Assembly (NCBI GenBank): GCA_044222475.1
Contig: JBGANF010000111.1
Coordinates: 1 to 26,709, forward strand
Direction of reading: 5' to 3'
Length of the DNA: 26,709 bases
From: Polyangiaceae bacterium
GTDB lineage: Bacteria; Myxococcota_A; Polyangia; Polyangiales; Polyangiaceae
This document shows positions 13,260 through 20,387 of this stretch, in pieces. The notes beneath the pieces were generated by a model. The model was not told the origin of the DNA. It searched no databases and was given only the letters and a program-made list of their open reading frames with translations. The stretch's first letter is position 1. Every line of letters begins with the position of its first letter. The position numbers and the translations under genes were made by a program.

Positions 13260-15470
13260 GTTCGCGGCACATCGGTTCCGCGGGCATCACGATCGTATCT
13301 GCCCTCACACGGGCGCTGCGGTCGGGGGAAGCGCGGCATCCGGTTCGCCGGTGCCACGTAGAGCTCGGCCAACGCCGGGGAGAACGCTCGCTTGGGTCGT
13401 CAGACCCGGGCGGCCGCTCCGGAAAAAACAGCGCGCGTGCTCCGGCCACGCTCCTACCAAGGAGCGGCGTCGGTTGTACGCAAGGCCCTCGGGAGATTTC
13501 TCCCCAGGTTTCCCTCCACAGGGGACAGATCGCATCTCGGCTTCTCACGCCGGCGGCCTTCGCGGGTTCGTCGAAACGGCAGGAAGCCTAGGTCTCACGA
13601 ACCTCCACGTATCGGCTCCAACCGGTGCGCGTGTTCGGGGGATGACAGGAGATGCGCGAAGGCATCGAGCGGGGACGCGCACGGCTCCTTGTGGGCACGT
13701 GGGCGGTGGAGCAGCGGGCTGCAATCCGGAAAGCTCCTTCACCTCGGTACTTCCTCGATGTGCTTCGGCACGTGCGACTCTCATGTCGCTGCGGGTCAAA
13801 GCTCCAAAAGAGCCTCTCGTAGCGGGTCCCCATGTTCGATGGGGAGGGTAGTCAGCATGCTGGCTGCGTCGGAGAGACCGCATGACACGCCGCTCGGGTC
13901 GAGTGTCATCACGCCTTCGCAAGGGGCGCGGTGACGAGACGGGTAACCGTCAGCTCGTTCGGGCAACGCCGCACGGATCGTCGTGGCGAGCGTGGATCGC
14001 GCCCGTAGAACGCGACCCTACGTTTGACAATCTCGTTACAGAAGTCGAAGGGCCCAGCCGGCCCCACGCAGCAGCGCTGCGAGGAAGCCGGTGACCGCTG
14101 GATCCAAAGAAGCGCGCGCAAGAAGCTCCGGTTTCGAGGCGTGCGTGAACGGGGATCTCGACCAGCAGTCGCCATCGTGCGGAATCACGGTGACGGCGAA
14201 CGCGAAAGCAGCTGGTGACACGGCGGTGGGTTGCGCAGGAGACGGCCGTCTCTGGAAGCGCACCAGCTCCTCGGGTGGGTGAACGCGCAAGCGGGAGCAC
14301 GCACGAGGCGGTGTCAGCCGAAAGGCGAAACACTGAGGAAGAAGCACTCTTCGATGAAAGGTTCTTCGGGCCGGGACAAGCGGCGCTCGTCATGGGGCGA
14401 CGTGGAAGCGGTCTAGACCTTCGGCGCAAGCCGGAGGCGACGGAGAATCCAGGGCTACACCCGCAGGCACGCACGAACCCAACACGTTCGTACGGCGTCG
14501 GCGAAGCAAGGTGCGGCCCGGTGGGTCTGACGGCATGAAACCGCCAGGCTCTTCGTCTCTAGGTCGGGCAACCGGTCTAGACCTCGCAGGATCGAAACGC
14601 ACTGCGGGGACATCGCGTTCCGACACTTACGTATCGGGGCCGAGGCGAAAACGAACAAGTAGGGATGCACGGAGTGAATGGTTCGATGGCAGAGACGGGT
14701 TCGAGCATGTCCGGTGTTCGAGCGGTGGTCGGGTCGCAAGACTCGGCTGACCAATCGAGGGCTAGCTGAAGGCCTCCGCTGACTCCACTGACGTGGGCAG
14801 CGGCCAAAGCCAGAAGCGAAATGGCATGGGAGAGGCGCCTCACCTTTTTACCGAGGTGTTGCGCTGATCGTCGGCAGGAGCGAAAGCTCAGGTCGGTTCG
14901 AATACCGAATCAGGAGCTCTGGGTCACAGGCCGCTCGGCCCCTTCATTGGGATCGGGAGAGGTGGTGGCTCCGGAGGGTCGGATGGCCTGACGACATCGG
15001 CGCAAGCCGGTGCCGCGGGGCCGCTCCCAAAAGAGCGCTCGCAGCGGGATGGACCCGAGGCAGCACCGACTCGACGACGAGCTTCAGAGGAAGGCGCGCA
15101 GCGTGATGGGCTTCTCCAGCCGTACGAAGGCGAGGGCGGTCCGCACCCCGGAGTATCCGTAATGGGTACCACCTGGTGGTGAAGCGAGGCGTCGAACTTC
15201 CGAAGCGGGTGACAGCGAATAGCTCCACCCACTCGCAGGATCCTCACGGCGCGAACCGGAAAGAGATCCAGACGAGCATCGGGCTACACACGGCGATGGC
15301 GACCTCACGAAGAGCTCTCGGTAAAGCGGGGAGTAGCTTCGTTCAGAGGCGCAGCGGATCGTGATTCGGTACGAAGAGTGCCGAGAGAGGCCAAGCGGCC
15401 TGCCACGGTTCAAGTGATCTTCCGCCGAGGCGGCCTGGGTGACCAGGTCGCCTCGACGTCTTTTGTGCAC
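13260..15470 (+). ncRNA. Candidate large structured non-coding RNA, or a highly structured ~2.2-kb 5' leader of the M14 peptidase gene (unclassified)
   Basis: There is no coding-like ORF in six frames and G+C is lower than in flanking genes. Many plus-sense hairpins are capped by UUCG or GNRA loops: 13335-13355, 13391-13410, 13449-13466, 13760-13771, 13828-13844, 13882-13909, 14418-14437, 14878-14889, 14995-15012, 15429-15452. Sub-modules are duplicated internally. The boundaries and the strand are inferred, not demonstrated. Confidence 0.35.
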
Positions 15471-16397
15471 ATGACTTCCCCCCTCGATCGGTACCGAAGC
15501 TCGGACGCGCGCGAGCGCGCGGTCGATGCGCTGGCGGAAACGTCGCGCGGCGAGGTGCACGTCCTCGGCGAGAGCGTGGAGGGCAGACCGATTCGCGCCG
15601 TCCACCTGAAGGGTCGCGGTTCGCGCGCGGTCCTCGTGTGCGCTGGGATTCACGGCCCCGAGTGGATCGGCACCGAGGTCGCGCTCGGGTTCCTGGAACG
15701 AGCGCGGTCGTCGTTCGACGACCTCCTCGGCCGCGCCGACGTGTGGGTGATCCCGTGCCTCAACCCCGACGGGTACGAGCGCACCTGGGCTCGGGGCGGC
15801 GTCGGAAAGCTCTCCGAGCTCCGCCAGAACGCGCACGGCGTCGATCTGAACCGCAACTATCCGCTGCCGGCGCCGCTCGCTCCGGTGCTGAGCACCCTCG
15901 GCGGGTGGCGCACCGGGTCCGACGATCCGAAGAACTCGTTCTTCCGCGGCACCGGCCCGCTGAGCGAGCCCGAGACGGCCGCGCTCGCGAAGCTCGCATC
16001 CGAGGTTCCGTTTCACGCGAGCGTGAGCCTCCACTCGACGATGGGGACGCTCTTTCCGCCGTGCGTCGGCGACGCCGACACGTCGGCGAAGTACCGCGCG
16101 CTGTGCTCGGCGTTCTCCCACGCGCAAAAAGACGTGCGCTACCGCCATTTCGCCGCCGGCTCCCTCGATCGCTTCACCGGCGAGCAGGAAGATCATCAGC
16201 ACCACGTGCACCACACCTGGGCGATCTGCGTGGAGCACTACCCCTTGTGGGTCGACACCAAGCGCTTCCTGCAGTCGAACCTCTTCCGGCGCTTCAACCC
16301 GCCGGACCCGCAGGTCTGGGTCGCCAACGATCTGCCGGGGATTGCCGCGTATTTCCGCGCCGCCCTCGATTTGCCGCCTCCTGCGACCGAGCTTTGA
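15471..16397 (+). CDS. M14-family zinc carboxypeptidase, no signal peptide
   Basis: Internal ATG 15471 of ORF 15378..16397 (+). Motifs are AGIHGPEWIG (HxxE zinc ligands), CLNPDGYE, GVDLNRNYP, GTGPLSEPET and SLHS (third zinc ligand region). Confidence 0.85.
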   Translation: MTSPLDRYRSSDARERAVDALAETSRGEVHVLGESVEGRPIRAVHLKGRGSRAVLVCAGIHGPEWIGTEVALGFLERARSSFDDLLGRADVWVIPCLNPDGYERTWARGGVGKLSELRQNAHGVDLNRNYPLPAPLAPVLSTLGGWRTGSDDPKNSFFRGTGPLSEPETAALAKLASEVPFHASVSLHSTMGTLFPPCVGDADTSAKYRALCSAFSHAQKDVRYRHFAAGSLDRFTGEQEDHQHHVHHTWAICVEHYPLWVDTKRFLQSNLFRRFNPPDPQVWVANDLPGIAAYFRAALDLPPPATEL

Positions 16398-16431
16398 CGA
16401 ACGCGAACGGCAGCGCCTATCCTTCGGCGCC

Positions 16432-17211
16432 ATGAAGCGGTTCATCCTCGTTGCCCCGGTCCTAATCTGTGCGTTCGCGTTCGTCGCTTGCGACGACCCG
16501 AAAGACACCAAGACCACGCCCTCGGCGACCGCCGCGACGAGCGTCGCCGCGACTCCGCCGCCTCCGGCATCGAGCACGCCACCCGCGCCGCCCCCCAAGC
16601 CGAAGAAGGAGTGGCACTGCACGCAGAACGTGAAGGTCGACTTCGAGGGCGACACCGCGCTCGAGGCGCAGATCCGGGTGAAGCTTCAGAAGCCGACCGG
16701 CGACATCATGACCGCCGAGCTCCCGAAGGTGAAGTCGATCAACCTCTCGACGACCCCGACCGACGAGCTCAACCCGTGCGTCTTTCCGAAGCTCACCGGC
16801 CTGAAGGATCTCTTCCTCCGCAACGGCGAGCTCACCGACCTGAGCCCAATCTCGGCGCACACGCAGATGATGACCCTCGTCGTGAACTACGTGAAGCTCA
16901 CCGACCTCAAGCCGATCCACGCGCTGATCCACATGGACCGCCTCGACATCGCCCACACCGAGGTCCGCGATCTGGATCCCATCAAGGCCATGGTCGAGCT
17001 CACCGAGCTGTCGATCGACGCGACGCCGATCACCGACATCAGCGTGGTCGCGAACTTCACCAAGCTCGAGAAGCTCTCGATCGCGAACACGGCAGTGAAA
17101 GATCTGTCTCCGCTCAAGGGCCTGAAGAAGCTCAAGAACCTCGACATTTCCGGCACGCCGATCACCGACTACTCGATGGTCGCCTCGCCGGGTCTCAAGG
17201 TGAAGATGTGA
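16432..17211 (+). CDS. Leucine-rich-repeat (internalin-like) lipoprotein
   Basis: Internal ATG 16432 of ORF 16342..17211 (+): MKRFILVAPVLICAFAFVACDD (lipobox). A Pro/Ala/Thr linker follows. About 22-aa LRRs then repeat with L.L..T.V.DL.P(I/L) periodicity (LTDLSPISAHTQM, LTDLKPIHALIHM, VRDLDPIKAMVEL, ITDISVVANFTKL, VKDLSPLKGLKKL). Confidence 0.8.
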   Translation: MKRFILVAPVLICAFAFVACDDPKDTKTTPSATAATSVAATPPPPASSTPPAPPPKPKKEWHCTQNVKVDFEGDTALEAQIRVKLQKPTGDIMTAELPKVKSINLSTTPTDELNPCVFPKLTGLKDLFLRNGELTDLSPISAHTQMMTLVVNYVKLTDLKPIHALIHMDRLDIAHTEVRDLDPIKAMVELTELSIDATPITDISVVANFTKLEKLSIANTAVKDLSPLKGLKKLKNLDISGTPITDYSMVASPGLKVKM

Positions 17212-17224
17212 GGCGCGAGGCGAT

Positions 17225-18139
17225 CTAGCGCTTGAGGGCGACGCGGTTGCGGCCGCTTCGCTTCGCGTCGTAGAGCGCCTCGTCGGCGCAGCCGACCAGC
17301 TCGAGCGGTTGCTCGATCACGAGCTCGGGGATTGCCGCCACGCCGACGCTGAGCGTCACCGGGATCTCGCGCGTCTCGAACACGAAGTTGGTGCCCTGGA
17401 TCAGGCTGCGGATGCGCTCGGCGAGGACCGACGCGCTGTTCAGCGGCACGCCGCGGCAGAGGATCGCGAACTCTTCGCCGCCGTAGCGCGCGAAGAGGTC
17501 CTCGGTGCGGAGCGTGCCCTGCGCGACCTGCGAGAGGCGCGAGAGGACGTAGTCGCCGGCGAGGTGACCGAACGTGTCGTTGATGCGCTTGAAGTGGTCG
17601 ACGTCCATCATCAAGAGCGACAGCGGCGTGCCGTGGCGCTTCGCGTAGGCGAACTCGGTCTCGAGCCGATGCGTGAAGTGCTTCTTGTTGTAGGCCTTGG
17701 TGAGCCCGTCGCGCAGCGCCGCGTCGTACATCTGGCGCTGGAAGCTCTCCTCGAGCTTGTCGTGGTAGGTGAACTTGAGGATCGTCGTCGACCCGATCTG
17801 GATCTTGTCGCCGTCCTTGAGCTGCTGCAGGTCGACGCGGTCGCCGTTGACGAGCGTGCCGTTCGAGCTGCCGAGATCCTCGATCCGCACGGCGCCGCCG
17901 TCGGACACGACGCGGGCGTGCTTTCGCGACACGCCGTCGTCGCCGAGCTTGATGTGCGCGGTCGACGCGCGGCCGATGATGCTCTCGCCGGCTTCGAGGC
18001 GGTACATCTCGCCGACGTTCGACCCCTGGAGAACGATCAAGTACGCGCGATCTCGCTGCGATTTGGCGAGGAGCTCCCGAACCAGCTCCCCGCTGTGGGT
18101 CACGTTGGTCTTTTCGAGATCATCCTCGTCGTTCGGCAT
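17225..18139 (-). CDS. FHA-domain diguanylate cyclase (FHA-GGDEF)
   Basis: ORF 17225..18139 (-). The FHA core is IIGRASTAHIKLGDDGVSRKHARVV...SSNGTLVNG. The GGDEF domain has DVDHFKRINDTFGHLAGD and the active site ARYGGEEFAIL. Confidence 0.9.
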   Translation of the reverse strand: MPNDEDDLEKTNVTHSGELVRELLAKSQRDRAYLIVLQGSNVGEMYRLEAGESIIGRASTAHIKLGDDGVSRKHARVVSDGGAVRIEDLGSSNGTLVNGDRVDLQQLKDGDKIQIGSTTILKFTYHDKLEESFQRQMYDAALRDGLTKAYNKKHFTHRLETEFAYAKRHGTPLSLLMMDVDHFKRINDTFGHLAGDYVLSRLSQVAQGTLRTEDLFARYGGEEFAILCRGVPLNSASVLAERIRSLIQGTNFVFETREIPVTLSVGVAAIPELVIEQPLELVGCADEALYDAKRSGRNRVALKR

Positions 18140-18241
18140 GAATCCACGCGCGCCCAGCCAAAGCTCACGCGCTCTCTAGAATGGATCATTTCAAGCCAAA
18201 TGGGATCCGTCAAGCGCTAGCCCAATGTAGGCGGGTAGGCG

Positions 18242-19918
18242 TCAGCTGCCCTCGCTGAGCTCGAGCTTGTTTTTGGCTGCTTTGCCGATCTTGGTACGGC
18301 CACCCTTGTCCACGACGTGGCGCAGGAGATCGTCCCCGGTGTCGCCCGCGCGGCCGCCCACTCCGCTGGCTGGCCCTGCGCCCGTGCCCACCTCGGCGAA
18401 GTGGAAGCCCACGTAGTAGAGGTCTTCGAGCTCGAGCGAGCGCTCTTTCTTGAGCGAGCTCGCGACGTCGAAGCCGCGCGCGAGGAGGCCGCTCAGCCGA
18501 TGCAGCGCGCCGTCACCGTTGCGAATCGCCGGGCGCGTATCCTTCTTGCTCTTCTTCAGCTCGATGACGGCGAGGCCGAAGCGATCGGCGTCGGTCGCTT
18601 TGTCGGAGCGGACGAGGAGGCCGAGCACGGTGGCCGCCTTGTCGTCGTTGCCGCCGCGCCGGAGCTTCGCCGCCAAGCCGCGAAGCGCTTCGGCGTGCGC
18701 CTCGGAGTCGGCCGCTTGCACGAGGTCGAGCATGGGCTCCCAGTTCCGGTCGCCCTTTTCGAGGCGCTTGATGCCCGTCTCGAGGAGGACCTTCCGCATC
18801 TTCGGCGCGAGCTTCTTCGCCATCGGCGCGATGATCTTGCGGAGCATCCACGCGCGGTCGGGGTCCTTCGTCTCGAGCAGGGCGTCGGCGACGGCGCCGA
18901 CGGCGTCTTCGCGAGTCGAGAGGAGCTCGGCGACGAGCTCGGACCGGCGCCGCTCGGGCGACGTCGTGACGACCTTGATCAGCGCCGTGAGCGCGGCGCT
19001 CGACTTCTGCCCGGCGAGATACGCCGCGGCGAACCGCGCGCGCTCGATGTCGGGGTGGGCGAGCAGCTTTTCGAAGCGCGCCATCGCGGTCGCCGGGACC
19101 TCGAGCGAGCCCAGCGTGTGGAGCGCGGTGTGCGCGAGCGAGCGATCGGTGGACTCGGCCGCGTCGACGAGGGCGTTGATGACCTTCGCGCTGCCTTTGT
19201 CGTCGCCGAGGGCGAAGCGCATGGCGATCAGCGCCTCTTGCTTCACCAGCGGCGGTGCGTCCTTCGAGGTGGCGTACGCGAGGAGCGTCGGGAGGGCGTC
19301 GTGATCCTCGAGGTAGCCGAGGATCTTGATCGCCGCGGCGATCGCGGTCGGAGAGCCTCCGGTGGGGTTGGCCTTCGACTTCTTCTGGGACTCGAGGAAC
19401 TTCTCGGTCGCGGTGCGGTAGCTGTTCCGCTCGCGGGCGCCGGCGTCCTTCACGTGTTGGCGGACGGCGAGGGTGGCGGCCTTCGCGGCTTCGCCTTCGC
19501 TCGACGTGAGGCTCGCGAGAAGCGTGGAGAATGCATCCTTCCCGCCGAGGTCGGCGAGGATCGCGTCGAGGATGCGGCGCTCTTCGGGGGTCGCCTCGGG
19601 CATGCGCGCGCGGATCATCGGGACCACGTCTTCGCCGACGCTGCGCACCGCGGCCGCGGCCGCGCGTCGCACGTCCTCGACGGACGACGTGAGCATCGGG
19701 AACGTGGTCTTCAGCGCCTTCTTGGCGGCGCCGATGCGAGTCAGCGCTTCGAGCCCGTGACGCTGGAGCACCGGCACGCCGCTGTGGAGGAGCTTGAGGA
19801 AGCCGTCTTGCGCCTCCGGTTTGCGGACCTTGAGCTCGGACAGGACGATCGCGGCGGCGATGCGCTTCTCGATGCTCTCGTCTTCGAGCAAGTCGATGAT
19901 TTTGTCGACCTCGGACAT
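18242..19918 (-). CDS. HEAT-repeat protein
   Basis: ORF 18242..19918 (-), 558 aa. It is all-helical with Ala/Leu-rich repeats of the D..VR..AA.AL type (ESIEKRIAAAIVLSEL, VEDVRRAAAAAVRSVG, PLVKQEALIAMRFALG). It starts 11 nt after the EVE gene stop. Confidence 0.75.
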   Translation of the reverse strand: MSEVDKIIDLLEDESIEKRIAAAIVLSELKVRKPEAQDGFLKLLHSGVPVLQRHGLEALTRIGAAKKALKTTFPMLTSSVEDVRRAAAAAVRSVGEDVVPMIRARMPEATPEERRILDAILADLGGKDAFSTLLASLTSSEGEAAKAATLAVRQHVKDAGARERNSYRTATEKFLESQKKSKANPTGGSPTAIAAAIKILGYLEDHDALPTLLAYATSKDAPPLVKQEALIAMRFALGDDKGSAKVINALVDAAESTDRSLAHTALHTLGSLEVPATAMARFEKLLAHPDIERARFAAAYLAGQKSSAALTALIKVVTTSPERRRSELVAELLSTREDAVGAVADALLETKDPDRAWMLRKIIAPMAKKLAPKMRKVLLETGIKRLEKGDRNWEPMLDLVQAADSEAHAEALRGLAAKLRRGGNDDKAATVLGLLVRSDKATDADRFGLAVIELKKSKKDTRPAIRNGDGALHRLSGLLARGFDVASSLKKERSLELEDLYYVGFHFAEVGTGAGPASGVGGRAGDTGDDLLRHVVDKGGRTKIGKAAKNKLELSEGS

Positions 19919-19929
19919 CGTGGACTCTC

Positions 19930-20352
19930 CTAGAGCTTGGTCTTCCCCATCGTGAGCACTTCCGCGAGCTCGGCGTCGGTCACCGGGGCGACCGACAGGC
20001 GCGACTTCTTCACCAGCGCCATGTTCGCGAGCTTCTTGTTCTTCTTGATCGCGGCGAGCGAGACCGGTGCGGCGAGCGGCTTCACCGGCTCGACGTCGAC
20101 GGCGCTCCAGTCGTCGCGCTCGTCCGCCGGGGCGGTCGGGTCGGGGTAGGCGGTCTTCTTCACCCGCGCGATGCCGACGATCTCCTTGCCCTTGTTCGAG
20201 TGGTAGTAGAGACAGACGTCTCCGCGCTTCATGGCGCGAACGTTGTTACGCGCCTCGAAGCTTCGAATCCCGGTCCAGCTGGTCTCCCCGTCCTTGATCA
20301 GCGCGGCAAAATCGTACACGAACGGTTCGCTCTTGATCAGCCAGTGGGCCAT
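19930..20352 (-). CDS. EVE (PUA-like) domain protein
   Basis: ORF 19930..20352 (-). MAHWLIKSEPFVYDFAALIKDGETSWTGIRSFEARNNVRAMKRGDVCLYYHSNKGKEIVGIARV matches the canonical EVE/thymocyte-nuclear-protein-1-like N-terminus. Confidence 0.85.
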   Translation of the reverse strand: MAHWLIKSEPFVYDFAALIKDGETSWTGIRSFEARNNVRAMKRGDVCLYYHSNKGKEIVGIARVKKTAYPDPTAPADERDDWSAVDVEPVKPLAAPVSLAAIKKNKKLANMALVKKSRLSVAPVTDAELAEVLTMGKTKL

Positions 20353-20387
20353 GGGGGAAACCTGGGTCCGGAGGATACACGCTCTCC

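Noticed and set aside
13021-13260. Whether the A+T-rich segment with DnaA boxes could be the chromosomal origin (oriC).
   Set aside because: There are only two boxes, no cluster of four or more, no A+T-rich 13-mer-type unwinding repeats, and no dnaA, dnaN, gidA or parAB genes in the window. Promoter-level DnaA regulation is more plausible.
14333-14361. A hammerhead-ribozyme-like string CUGAGGA-(GAAG cacu CUUC)-GAUGAAA.
   Set aside because: After the putative helix II, the core requires GAA immediately; here GAU intervenes. I also cannot build convincing helices I and III around it.
14577-14843. A minus-strand 88-aa ORF beginning MRRLSHAISLLALAAAHVSG, which looks like a signal peptide.
   Set aside because: Third-position G+C is only about 60% by my count, against about 90% in the real genes. 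The rest is Cys/Pro/Ser/Arg-rich with no pattern, and no ribosome-binding context is visible. It is most likely a chance ORF inside the non-coding region.
14829-14850. GAGGCGCCUC followed by a U5 run (14845-14849) inside the ORF-free region, considered as a possible internal terminator.
   Set aside because: The palindrome leaves only a 2-nt loop, so the realistic stem is 3-4 bp, too weak for an intrinsic terminator. The U-run may simply be part of another helix (CCUC...GAGG).
14893-14908. A T-loop-like hairpin UCGG-UUCGAAUA-CCGA, flanked by CAGGAGC repeats at 14875-14881 and 14911-14917, which looked like a possible tRNA T-arm.
   Set aside because: The loop is 8 nt rather than 7. No acceptor stem, D-arm or anticodon arm can be drawn from the flanks. 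It is more likely a T-loop-type tertiary motif or a coincidence.
13260-15470. Whether the ORF-free region could be a group II intron, a retron msr/msd, a CRISPR array, RNase P RNA, tmRNA or an rRNA fragment.
   Set aside because: I saw none of the required signatures. There is no domain V-like AGC...GNRA...hairpin with a GUGYG 5' end in a consistent arrangement. No reverse transcriptase ORF lies nearby. There are no regularly spaced direct repeats, no GGAAAGUCCGG-type RNase P core and no tmRNA tag frame. This rests on visual inspection only; a covariance-model search is still needed.
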